Assembly: GCF_035594765.1 (NCBI RefSeq)
Contig: NC_085844.1
Coordinates: 34,549,923 to 34,613,922, forward strand
Origin: Anolis carolinensis
Taxonomy: Eukaryota
Length of the DNA: 64,000 nt
Reading direction: 5' to 3'
Notes under the pieces: generated by a model
What the model saw: the letters and a program-made list of their open reading frames with translations, nothing else
Databases searched by the model: none
Told to the model about the DNA's origin: nothing
Translations under genes and position numbers: made by a program
Shown here: positions 39,271 through 52,195 of the stretch, one piece after another
Position numbering within the stretch: the stretch's first letter is position 1
Layout of the letters: every line of letters starts with the position of its first letter

Positions 39271-41620
39271 AAGGCAGTAAGTATGTTGATCAGTCTATTA
39301 CAGATTGCAGCATTAGTTATTGTCTGAATGTGGTGGCTGCAGATTATTGTAAGCTACCTGCCCAAAAGAAAGAAAATGCCTGTGATTTTTATTTGTTAAA
39401 AAGGTATGAAACTCTTATGAGTAGAAGCTGATTTTTCAAAGTGTGTGTGAGGTGGGAAAGGGGTTCATCCGACATTTGGTGGCATTTGACATGTAACATG
39501 TCTCGGTACAGTTGAAAACATGTCACACTCTTCTTTGATTGGGGTATGTCAAGATCTTGGTGGCATGTTGCAGCCAACAAGCCAGACTCTCATATCCCTT
39601 TCATTTCACTGTGTGACATGCCACAATATGGAAAACACGATAGGTATGAATGGAAAACCCCACAAGAGCCAGATCGATGCTGGAAGTGCTGCCAAAGCTA
39701 TAAGAGCAAAACACGATGGTGGTCATTGCTGTCCTTTTCAGAAACAGGGAGATGCATTTGTCATTCTGCCATTTTCACACAATCACACAGTCGTAATAAT
39801 CTAATCCAATCTATAACCAATGCAGGAACAGGTTAATGTTTTTGCTTGAAAATAAATAGGAAAAAATCTGATGCAATATCACACATATAGAAGCAGACTA
39901 TCAGTTACACACTTACTTATGCATTACTTTGTCACTGATGCTATACAATCATTTTCCTTCCACCACGTGTAAAATTATATATCTGTGACTATGATGATGA
40001 CTACTTAAATGAAATATTTGAGGAGGCAAAACGAATTCATTTTTCACCACAAGATTATTTATGTTAAAAAATATATCATTATATGAGAGAACATCCATCT
40101 GTCTCTTGTGTACTCAGGCAATTGGTTAATATGCACATCAGAGGTTTATGCAACACAAATCTTTCATCTATTTAAGGCACAGCTTCCAGATTCGACACAC
40201 TGAAAGTAACTAATCTCTGTAAGTAGGTGATTTGTCATAGGCATTCATATGCATGACATGTGTGTTGAAATCCAAATCTCGAACTGAATGAAAATCTGAG
40301 ATGAGCTATCTACATTTATACGTGCTGGCAAGCCTGGCTCAGAATAATCCAAGAATGACAATCTGACTTAAGCTGTTTGCTTTTATAAATCCTGGACGTG
40401 TCTGCTTTGAAATTCCAGAAGACTGGCATCTCCTCTCTACCAAGGTACAGAGTTTTTGTCTCATGTTGACCTTGAAAGCTACATTCGGATGGGAATCTTG
40501 AATGATCTAGAACATTTACCACCTCACAAATCAAAGTAGGTGAGATCAGGGAAGAAGAAAATGATGTCAATTGATGAGAGGCTGATGCAGAAATAAATCA
40601 CTACCCACGCTGGCTGGGAGTTTCTGGGAGTTGTAGTTCAAAAAAGGAAATATCCCAAGTTCTGCCAAGCATTTATTAAAAGCTTTAAGAAAAAGAAAAT
40701 GTGTCCACTAATTGTCAGTAAAAGAAACCAAACAATAGAGAAGACCCTCCAAGTAGCATCCTAACACTTGCAAAAATTAAGTTTTTGAACTCCAAAGCAG
40801 TGTAATGAACTATTTAAAAGGGTAGCATATCCCTTTCACTGTAATTTTTATAACAGAAGTTGAATTGCCATTTCTCGGGGTTAGTGTCTTGAGAAATGAC
40901 TCCTGCATAACAAGAGGCTGGAACTTTGGGTTTCCATCCAACTCTATAATATTTAATCATATGTCATCAGATGTACAACATGCATTAAGTCCTCCTACCA
41001 GTGGAGACCTTCCACAATTTATTTCAAGGGTTGGTTTCTTATTATCTTATCTCCTAAACCATGTTCCTTATTAAACAGTTATTGCATACTTGCACACCCA
41101 CACACAAATATGTAAAACATTGTGTTCTTCTTGTACCCTTGTTCTTAACTTCCCATAGCCACAAAGGCTATCCATGAAATCTCTCCTTTTAAAATGATCC
41201 CTTAGGAACTCGTGACCTTTTGATAAATTATCCCTTAGGAGAACATAACCTTTACCTCCAACGAAGGTTCTCTTTTCCTCCTGGAGGAACTTGGTGACCT
41301 TTCCAGGAACATGCCGTTTTGAAACAACTAGTTTGCCCCCAAGACATACTTGCCCTCATCTTCTTCCACATGATGTGCTTCTCTTGCATGCTGCTGAGAA
41401 CTAGACAACATTCTTAGATTTGTTCTCTAAGCATTTTCAGCTCTCTCCCAGCAGGAATTTTATGCATCCATTAAAAAAAAAAAAAAACAGCAATAGCCAC
41501 TTTTAGAAAATGGCTGCATAAATGTCTATAGTAAGATTTAGATTGTTCATATTTTGATGAGATGTTTTTTTATTGTGTGGCATTGCATTTTTGCCAGATC
41601 TGTAAGCTGCTTTGAGTCCC

Positions 41621-42010
41621 CAACTCTTTGTGACCTCATGGACCATTCCACGCCAGAGCTCCCTGTCGGCCATCGCTGCCCCCAGTTCCTTCAAGGTCAA
41701 GCCAGTCACTTCAAGGATACCATCCATCCATCTCGCCCTTGGTCGGCCTCTCTTCCTTTCTCCTTCCACTTTCCCCAGCATCATGATCTTTTCCAAACGT
41801 TCCTGTCTTCTCATGATGTGGCCAAAATACTTAAACTTTTCTTCAAATATCCTTCCCTCCAGTGAGCAACCCGGCATTATTTCCTGGAGGATGGACTGGT
41901 TGGATCTTCTTGCGGTCCAAGGCACTCTCAGGATTTTCCTCCAGCACCAGAGTTCAAAAGCATCTATCTTCCTTCCCTCAGCCTTCCTTATAGTCCAGCT
42001 CTCACATCCC
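41621..42010 (-). mobile_element. Bov-B (RTE) LINE 3' fragment
   Basis: GCESWTIRKAE..RKRGRPRARWMD; closely similar to the 35763 copy. Confidence 0.9.
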
Positions 42011-42484
42011 AAACATTGCACAGAACATTTTTTCAACAATTGAAGTACTATTTTTAAAAAGCCCTTTTTGTCAGACACCAAACGCCAACTCTTCAGAACT
42101 CTGAAGGTTTTAACTGGCAGGTTCATGCAGAAATTAGCTCTGTTATTCTTTTTCAGTTTGTTTTTCAGAGTTTTCTCTCTTAAGGATGTCACTGGAAAGA
42201 TTAGAAAAAAAGAGGATAAATAAAACTATGTGCTGTCATTTCCAAAGTTGTTGATGTGTTGCTTCAAGATGTTTCTGACTAAACAATAATCCTAAGGCAA
42301 AGCTATCGGAGTGTTTGCTATGCAAATTTTTCAAAGGGGACTTGGCTTTATCTTCTGAGGCTGAAATAGTGGGACTTGCCCAGGTTCACACAGTGCATTT
42401 CCATGGCTGAGTGGGTCTCCAGAATTGGTCTCCAGAATTGAAGTTCAATGCTTTTTAATTCTATTCTGTTCTATTAGTCATAGA

Positions 42485-42945
42485 TCAACTCCTTTGGGCT
42501 TCATGCAAATCTACCATTTGCCAAAATATACAATCCTGTGCTTTTCTTTTCCAGTTCTGGCCAAATAGCTTAACCATTTGTTCATCCCATTGAGTACGAG
42601 GCCTGCCCAAAAGCCACTTGTGGTCTCTTGGTATCCAGTTCGGTAGTTGCCATGTCCACTGGTTGTCTTTTGTCCATGTTATATGCCCTGTCCATCTTCT
42701 TTTTGCTTCATAGAGCTCATTGACCATGTAGCGTACCCTGAATCTTTGATGCAGCTCTTTGTTGCTGATTTTATCTTTTTATTGTCATATCACACATCCT
42801 TCTTTCCATTGCTCTCTGAGTTACTGCCAATTTACCTCCTCTAACTTTGTTGTTGTCCAAGTTTCAGATGCGTATAACATTGCCGGTAGAACTGCAGTGT
42901 TGAAGATATCTGTTCAGACCTTCATTGGCAGTTTAGCATCTGTTA
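42485..42945 (-). mobile_element. Old RTE-clade LINE 3' fragment
   Basis: WTGH..W..WIPRD...GRPRTQW motif. Confidence 0.7.
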
Positions 42946-45259
42946 GCACTGTCTGGTTTTGATTAAATTTTATTAAATGCTTTTTAATAGCAAGAGTAAA
43001 TTGAAATGTATTCACTCTTATATTTGCGGTGCAACTTATTTGGATTGGTTTGATTCTGAATGGGAAATTGAGTTGCATTAGCTTTACAAAATTTTTCATA
43101 CCCTGAAAAGCAGTAAAACTTCAAAGAATGGGTCTCAGAAAAAAAACTTTGTATCCGAAGAAAGAAACAATGGGAAGAAGTGCTGAGTGGTGGGTTTATG
43201 ATCTTTAGAGACTGTATGTATTGCTTTGTAATGTAGTCTCAGGTCTCTCCAGCTAATGTCTGATATAGTAACCCCTACATTTTGATAATACACATAAAAC
43301 ACAAACATCAAGGGAAAGAAATAGAGATATATTGCAACCTGTGTTTTTGTGCCCTCCTAAGTAGCATAGACCTAAAATACATACCACACCACTGTATGAA
43401 AGGCATATTATGGAACAGGCAATTTCTACCCAGTGGATAGTACTTGACATATAAACCTCAATTGGTGAAAGGTGCTTGATGCCACAGATACCATCCAGCC
43501 ATCTAAAATTAGGAGTGGATTTAACACACATGTGTAAGTGTAAATAGCGTAAGGGGCTAAATTCCCTTACAAAACGATCTGGTGTGTCAAGTAATTGGAG
43601 ATCAAGTCTTTGCCCATTCCACTCCCCACCAGCACCATTGTGCATTTAAAAAGAGTACCTATGTGCACACATGGAACAAGTAAATGTAGTAACTGTGCAA
43701 TATGTATTAATTATCGTTGGCATCAGGTTCAGAAGAACAGTTATTTTGGAGGCAGTCACATTAAATCCATGCTCCTGATCCTTTACTGATTACCCTCTGG
43801 CATGGTTCTTGCTCAATAGGCCATTTTCTTCAGCTGTACAAGCTAATATTTTATGAGCATTCTCTTTGCCCTCTATTTCCCAAAACTGTGACTAAGACAG
43901 ATCCAAGGATTGCTTAATATCTGTGCAACCATACTTTAAGACCATAAGCATGGAAAGTATTCTCTCTGAACTAACACCCATGTACCTTTTCCTACAGCTG
44001 TGTGAACTCAGTGTTTCAATTATAGAACTTACACAAATTGTTGGGCAACAAGTCAACAACTTGCATGCCTTGATGCCTGGACCAGCAGCATTTGTTTAGC
44101 CATAAATTTAGAGGTGCTCTAGCTACTGAAGACCATTCACACATCTCTGTTGCCTTAAAAAAAAAGATATGATAACAATGCTCTCTTTTTAGTGTAGATC
44201 CTTTTTAATGGAGAGGTATAATTCCACACAAAAAGCTTGTGTCTCATGAAAGAGTATATGTCACTTTGTAGAATATCTCACTTTGATTTTCTATGTTGTT
44301 CTGCAAAAAGTGAAACTTCAGTATGCCCAATGGAGAACTTCTCTTTTCTCATAGGACATAACTGGAAACTGTACTAGGAAGAATCAATGGAGCCTTTAGC
44401 ATTTAACCTGAAAATATTATTCTTGCAACTACATTCTATAACAGAAATTGATTAGCTAGGTTTGTGTGTGAGTTTTGCATATTGCTATGATGTGTAGCAC
44501 ATGGTATAGTCTTATTGGAATTGACATTTCTTTGGCTTATTCTAGGTTGCTTGAGTACAAAAGGAAGACTGTGATATTCATTGAGCTCTCCTTACTTATC
44601 ACTATTCAAGGACACTTGATTTATAGTTGTGTCACATTTTCTAATGGATCTGCCAGTAATTCTCTGGGGTTCCTAACTGGATTATCACAGTTTATATCCA
44701 ACAGTGAACGAAGATGTACAAGAATTCACAGGAGGGAAAACATCTTTGTTATGCTGCATAAATACAATCATAAAAGATCTTGCATATTTGAAAAATCCAA
44801 CCAGTATCTCTTCACAAGCCAATATGTCCCCAAATCTATCTGATTTCTTATTTTGGTTATAAGTATCAATGCATTATTTTGCTATTTTTTTTTTAAAGAA
44901 TAGCTTGCATAGATTTCAAGATTAAGAGCCTAATGTTACAAGGATCTTGATATGAATGAATCACTACAAGTCAAGTGTAGCTTCCTATTCCTTTTTTAAA
45001 AAACAGTCAATTTTGGTTCTGAATGAGATCAAACACTCAATCCATCAAGGAGTATGCAGTATGTTGCATGGAAAAGCATGCATCTCACTATAGAGAACAC
45101 AATGACATGACTGATGTTTCCATATAAGACATACATTTGAACATGCATTTATTCCATGAATACATGTGGCATTGTATGCTGAATGTGCTAAGGTGCATAT
45201 AAGTTACATACTTTGAATGAACATGTGGCTGTGCTAATTGTGACTGGCACACATATGTA

Positions 45260-45671
45260 CCGTTTCCCCGAAAATAAGACATCCCCTGAAAATAAGACCT
45301 ACTAGAGGTTTTGCTGAATTGCTAAATATAAGGCTGCCCCCAATAGAAAGACCTAGCAAAGTTTTTGTTTGGAAGCATGCCCACTGAACAGAACACCAGA
45401 GCATGCAAGATTGGTAGATGTATGTACCATAGATTGTTGTGTATGGAAATAATGGTAGTAACAAGAAATTCTTGATAGGATTCACAGTTTGTCTGGTTAT
45501 GCTGGTTTGTGATGACAACTCCTGTACAATATATGATTTTTTTTTTTTTGTTCAGCAATAAATGTGAATTCTTCTTCATGGAAAAATAAGACATCCCCTG
45601 AAAATAAGACCTAGCACAACTTTGGGAGCAAAACTTAATATAAGACACTGTCTTATTTTCGGGGAACACAG
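45260..45671. mobile_element. pogo/Tigger-like MITE
   Basis: TIR CCGTTTCCCCGAAAATAAGAC, repeated subterminal AAAATAAGAC motifs, TA TSD. Confidence 0.85.
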
Positions 45672-45978
45672 TATGTCAGTCTGATGGGCTGAACCTAGGA
45701 TGTCAAAGGAGAAAGTACTAAAGCAAAGTCAAAAGTAAGAAATGGATTCTTCAATTGAATCCTTTTGTGCACTATCGACGGAGTCGCTTTGCATCACGCT
45801 TTGCGTGGGGAGCCAGGTGCCCTATGCACCGCATTACCTGGCACCAATAAAGGGCAGTCCCATGGAAGGAAACACTGATTGTGCAGCATCCCCCCATGGC
45901 TTCATATGGCAACACAGGAAGCTTACTGTGTTGCTGCGGCGGCAGCAGTCAAAGTGTGCTTTGACTGTTTGAATTATT

Positions 45979-45994
45979 AGCTCCACCTTGTGGC
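45979..45994 (-). promoter_or_regulatory. CTCF-like motif (CCACAAGGTGGAGCT)
   Basis: Close match to the CTCF core consensus by eye; motif only. Confidence 0.45.
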
Positions 45995-46439
45995 TGAGGA
46001 ACTCTAGATGTCAGAAAATGAAACATTCTGTGCAGAGAATCACTAAATGTAACTTGAACACTCTGGAGTGCTTTTGATATACATAATATGTAACATTGCC
46101 CATGACATGAGGGTATCTTCCATCTAGCCAAATATTTCTGCTTTCATATTAAGTTAGATGGATACTTTTAGGAAGCTCAGAGGAACCAAAAGAGCTGCCT
46201 TAACTCTTATAATTAGGGTCTTTCTCTATTTCGACTGGTATTACCTACTCCAACTTGCATATTTCAGCCAGAGACCACTTCCATCAGCTGCTATCTATAG
46301 AAAAGCTGGGCTAGATATCAGTATCCAAATGGTATATTTTGGAAATTTCTATGCTGCCTTTCTCAGAATGTATATAAAATATACATACAAATATTAAAAC
46401 CATTTATTAAAACCCATGTCTAATATTCAATTATGCTTA

Positions 46440-47175
46440 ACACTGTCCATGGTTTAAACATTGAAGATAACCCAGTCAAAAATTCCCATATTTCAATAAC
46501 CATAAAGTGCCTGACTTCAGTTAAAAGCTGCTTCAAAGAGGAAAGTCTTCACCCATTTCCTAAATGTCATGAGGGAGGGAGCTGATCTAATTTCCTCCGG
46601 AAGCGAGTTCCACAGCTTAGGAGTCATACCCAAGAATATGCCCTCTCAAGTGATCTTTAGGTGTATGTTGACCTGGGGCTGTGTAGAGATGATGGTCTTC
46701 TTGCTAGACCTTAAAGGTCTACCCAACCTGTATAAGGGGATGTGGTGTCTCAGGTAACCTGGACCGAAGCTTTATAGGTTGAATTGGGCCCGGAAAGAAA
46801 GAACAGCCAATGGAGCTGTTTCAGCAGGGGAGTGGTGTTCTCCCTGATGTTAGTTCTGGTTAGTAACTTGGCTGCTGTTCTCTGGATAAATTTTGCAAGG
46901 GCAGTCCCATGTAGAGCGTATTACAGTAGTCCAAACAGGATGTAACCAATGCGTGTACCACTGTGTACCACTGTGGTCAAGTGAGACTTCTCCAGAAACG
47001 GACACAGTTGGCACACAAGTTATAGTTTTGTAAAGGCAGACCTGGTCTCCGCCACCACCCGAGCTTTCAGATTTAAGGTGGAATCCTGAATCACCCCCAA
47101 ACTGAGAACCTGGGATTTCAGGGAAAGTGTAACCCCATCCAGCTCAAGTTGTGACCCTATTTCCAGATCGGTCTT
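46440..47175 (-). mobile_element. L2-type LINE fragment
   Basis: Minus strand reads LDYCNTLYMGLP-like and AP.LWNSLP-like motifs, degraded. Confidence 0.7.
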
Positions 47176-47565
47176 GCGTAAGACTTATGGTAACCTTGTG
47201 AATGAAACAAGAGCCTGGTCATTGTTTTTAGATTATGCAGCAATAGTTCTTAACGTATTGTTAATGGAAGCTGCCTTGGGTCCCACACTAAATAAAATAA
47301 AAAAAATATGTTCCATTTTCAACACATTAGTCAATATGGAGCAGTTACATATTCATAACTCTAGGATACCAATCAGTAACTGCAATAAAGATGCAACCAT
47401 TATACAGTTGCTTTATACTTTTGGAGCAAGGTACACTAATAAAAAACTTTTTAAAACTGCATTTACATATGTACTATTGGAATGATTGCCTTAATGTATA
47501 TTTGAGGAACTTGAAAACCTCAAAAATATTTCAGTTTCATTTAAATTTAATTTTCTTCCTAAGAG

Positions 47566-47581
47566 ACAGCAGAGGGCAGCA
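47566..47581 (+). promoter_or_regulatory. CTCF-like motif (ACAGCAGAGGGCAGCA)
   Basis: Close match to the CTCF core consensus by eye; motif only. Confidence 0.4.
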
Positions 47582-50095
47582 CTTACTTCTGAAATTGTAC
47601 CAAGTCTTCATATCTTCTGTTTTAGTGCTTAACTGTTTTAAACATCTGGGCTAAGATGTGGTTCATCATGATTGCTTATGTGCATCAATCAAACATGGTA
47701 GTTTGCTGTTTTCTCTGCCACTGTCTTTATTGGAAGGTAGCACTGGCATTAATTAAAACTGTTTTTTTGCAATCCTGAAAAATAAAATATTATCAATATT
47801 TAACATGTAGGGTATCCAAATTCAGTTTAGGTTTACAAAGGAAGAGCTGAGCTATAATATATTTCCAGTAGCTGGGGAAAAAACAGCATTAGTCGTGCGC
47901 ATGGGCACAATGCTGTTATTCAAGACAAACACGGAATAGTACAATCAATGCAAAATGTATGTTGAACTGCTCCCATGTAGAATCTCCCCTTAAACATGCT
48001 CAGACAAGCAATACATTGATTTATACATTAATGTACATCATGAGTGATGTGGCTATAATGTCCACCATCATTGTTATCATCATCATAATCAATTTGTGCA
48101 TTTTCCTCCTTCTTCCCAGACCATACAGAGACTCTATGAATGAGGGACTAACACGTCATTTTCGTATCAACAGTTCAGTTCATATCTTCCAAATTTATGG
48201 CTTTCTAGATTTAGTCTTGGTTGCTGTTGTTATGTGCCTTCAGGTCATTTACAACTTATGGCAATCCTAAGAAAAATGCATCCCAGAGTTTTCTTGGCAA
48301 GATTTGTTCAGGGGGGAGGTTTACCTTTGCCTTCCTCTGAGGCTGAGGCTGTGTGATGTGACCAACATCACCAATGGATTTTCATGGCCATATAAAGATT
48401 CAAACCCTGGTCACCAGAGTTGTATTACAACACTCAAGTCTGTAGATCATACTGGCTCTCAATGGATCCACCTGTAACATGGTTCTCTTTTCCTAGTCAC
48501 TTCAACCTTGTTCAGCATTGTTGTCTTTTCTTCTAAATGATGCCTTCGAAATGAAACAAAATGACATGTTTGATAGCCTTTCATATAGAGAAGCAGCTCA
48601 GAATGATGGGGCAGGAGATGATAATTAAGTCAGCTCTCCACATTCACTGGGGTTAGGTGTATAGGTGTTCAAATGAATAAACATGCATAAAGAAATTGCT
48701 GAAATTCTCTCTAAGAATAATGACTCTAAGATCGATATTGGCTGGAAGCTGAACATAAATATATATTGGAGGACTTAGAGATTCCTACAGAGTTGTTCCT
48801 CTTGAAATCTCTAGGTCTCCAGCATGAATGGAGAAAACTGATTAGATGACTGATCTTTGCAAAGTAAACTACTTTGATCTGTCACTGTTACAAAGATTCA
48901 GTGTGAACTCTTCTCCCCCTATTTCTCAATCAAGGCAATGAACCTGCTCCAAGTTTTTGTCTGAACTTTAAAGGACTTGTTCAAGACACTCATTTGAAGC
49001 ATTTCAGACAGCTGCTTTGAAGCCTGGACTAAAGCCTAGCGTAAATTCACTACTCCACTAATGTCAAAGCTTCCCACTGCCTTTGCCTTGAATGCTATTG
49101 GGTTTTATTTTTCAGATGTCTGACCAGGACGCAAGCAAAAATATCTCTGAGTACAAAATGTGGAAAGGATGCCTCAAAGGAGAGTATGAAGTTGTTGTTT
49201 TGCATTTGAACAGGCTGACCAGTTGTCCTGTCACTCACAAGTGGCTCACAACATTAAAGGAGAGGAGGAGAGAATCTAGGATTACCTAAAGGATTGGCAG
49301 AGAAAACAGGGAAAGGTCACTTCTCTTCCAGCCAGTTACACCACCAAGATCTCAGCTGTTACCATGCTCACTCACACTGAACAAATATTTTTCACACCCA
49401 GAAAACTGACATCAATTAACCGATACAGTAAAAGATATGGCAACATACTTATCTGATAGAGTAAAGCATACTGTAACATGCTTTTACAGATTAGATCCCC
49501 ATCTGTCAATTAGGATAAGATTTATGTTTGTCTTGGCTCTTATTTGCAGACATTTGTTTATGATAGAATTACAGGTGATCTGGTTCAAACCTTTCTGATC
49601 TCAATGATGTCATTTCTTAAGAATATGTTGGTTAGTCTCTTAATAGAGAAGAACCCCTTCTTTCAATAATTGGGATAAAATAGGAATGCAATAAAAAATA
49701 AATCCAGAATTTAGGTAGAATTACCTGATCAGCAGCAAAAGCAGCATATTCACTTATTATTATTATTTTTTAAAAGATTAAAACTTCAGATTGAAAGCAG
49801 GGTCTTATGATGTCCTGAGGGAGGTAGACCAGAATTGTAACTGCGGAACTGCTGAAAGATTGAGATATTCTTGTGATTGTGAAACAGGGATGTAATTCTT
49901 CCCTAATGTCCTTTTCAAAGGAAGTCATGAGAAATTTTAGCATTATTCCTCTAGCAAGATTCTTCAAAAAAATGCTGCACAATTTCTAAAGACTATTCAT
50001 AGTTTGAGACTTATTCATACATGTTTGCTTTGCACATGAGACATATTCATACATGTTTGCTTTGCACATGAGACATATTCATACATGTTTACTTT

Positions 50096-50295
50096 GGAGC
50101 CCCGGGTGACGCAATGGGTTAAACCCTTGTGCCAGCAGGACTGCTGACTGAAGGTTGGGTTGCTGACCTGAAGGTTGCCGGTTCGAATCCGTGGAGAGCG
50201 CAGATGAGTTCCCTCTGTCAGCTCCAGCTCCCGATGCCTGGACATGAGAGGAGCATCCCACAAGAATGGTAAAAACATCAAACATCTGGGTATCT
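50096..50295 (+). mobile_element. tRNA-derived SINE, same family as 5592-5864, 3'-truncated
   Basis: GGTTCGAATCC B box and body shared with the 5592 copy. Confidence 0.8.
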
Positions 50296-52149
50296 CCTTT
50301 GCACATTTCTGTCAGAAATACTATTAAAAATACTATTTTTCTACACAGAAAAATGCTGCTTTCCGTAAAAAAAAAAAAAACCTTCAGCAATTTTTGCAAA
50401 AGACCCAAAGTACAAAGATGCTCATCAATCCAAGATTCTTCTCATCAAAGTTTCTTAACACCAGAGAAATGCATTAGCCGTTGTTGGTGTCTGTAAATCT
50501 TTTTCACGTTTTTAGGAAAGAAGCATGAAGAGAGTTCAGGTTTTGTTAGTTGTGTGTGACTTATGGCGACTCTAAGGCAAACCTATCACGGAGTTTTCTG
50601 GGGCTGAGGGTGTGTGTCACTTAATGAATTTCCCCATGGCTGTGTGTGGAATTGAACCCTGCTCTCCCCCATAGATTTCCTAACACAAAAGTTATTGAAG
50701 AAGGAGAGAAACGTAAAAAAAGGTGGGGCGCATGAAAAGGAACATGGAGCTTTTAGAGTAGTGGAAGTGTATTATAAATTAAATTCTGCAAAACTAAAAG
50801 TCAATCTGTTTTGATTGGGGTGACTAGAATTCTTCCTATTGCCAAATTTTAAATTTGACCACTGTACATTCTACAGTCAGCTCTCCACATTTACTGAAGT
50901 AAGGAATGCAGGAGCCCCACAAATTGGAAAACCAATGAATTAAAAATGCTATTTACCTATAGAAACTCCTCTCTGGGAATCTCTGTTTGACCAGGGAGTT
51001 GTCCTTTCAGAACAACTCCCTGGTCAACTTCCAACAGAAGATTCCAAGAAAGGCCATATTTATGAAATCCACAAATAATCAAATTAGCAATGGGTAAACC
51101 AGCAGGTGTAGAGGTTCAATTGTACTCAAACATCTCAGGCAGAGCCACTGGAATCCACTATATCTGAGGCAGCTGAATAATTAGGAAAGCAGATCGTGTG
51201 GCATCCACAACTCTGACATGTAAAGGAGGCCACTAGCTGAGGGACTGCAACTGCCTTCCTGACATCTCATGCCTAAGGCAACTACATAAATATCAATATA
51301 TTGTGTTCTTTGGATCAGTATATCTATCTCCCATTCTGCCTCCATTAATGGTACTCAAAACTACCTCATCTGGTTGCAATACTTTGACTCATCCCAGTCA
51401 GTTTGGCCATATCATACTTGGGAAGAATCTGTTTGAACATATTCTGTGAATGTAATAGAGCAAACGTAACTTCTGGTTTTAAAAACAGGAGATTAAATGA
51501 TTGAAATGATTTCAACCTACATATTTAAAAGATAAATCGACTCTCCTGGAAGTCACTGGAAGAAGCGATTCATCTTTTGGAGGATTGAAGCCCCTTCTAC
51601 ACCACTATATAATCCAGATTATCAAAGCAGATAATCCAGATTATTTACTTCGAACTGGATTATATGAGTGTACACTGCTATATAATCCAGTTCAATCTGG
51701 ATTTTATATGGCAGTGTAAAAGGAGCCTGAGTTAGTAATGATAATAATAATTATTTTATTTTTATACCCCGCCCCATCTCCCCAAGGGGACTCAGGGCGG
51801 CTTACATGGGTCCAAGCCCAGGCAAAACAGTCAATATAAAACACAACAATAAAACAAATCAATCAACAATAAAACAAACCCTTCTAAAGGGCTGGGTGTG
51901 ATCAAAGGCTGCACTTTACCCATCTTTGCCTGACATGATGGTGTACGAGTGTGATGACCAATTCAGCATGGGCAATGATGCAAATGAAATATCCAGGGCG
52001 GTATCTACAGTTGCTCACGTCTTTCAGGGACATCTGCACAAAACTGATACCAGAGTGAAGTTTATGAACTAGAGATCATAAATAGCAATAACAAGTTATA
52101 GTTATTACAGCGGTGTTAACCCTTTCCTAGGCTATCCAAAGCTTATAGG

Positions 52150-52195
52150 TAGATGATAGATAGATAGAAAGATAGAGATAGACAGACAGACAGAT
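52150..52195. repeat. (GATA)n/(GACA)n microsatellite
   Basis: Seen directly. Confidence 0.9.

Noticed and set aside
41503-42192. 229-aa ORF as a host gene
   Set aside because: Core is a Bov-B RT C-terminal fragment, extended by chance into flanking DNA.
51920-52033. Minus-strand exon-like segment with AG/GT ends and an open frame (MSLKDVSNCRYRPG...)
   Set aside because: No recognisable homology and no partner exons found.
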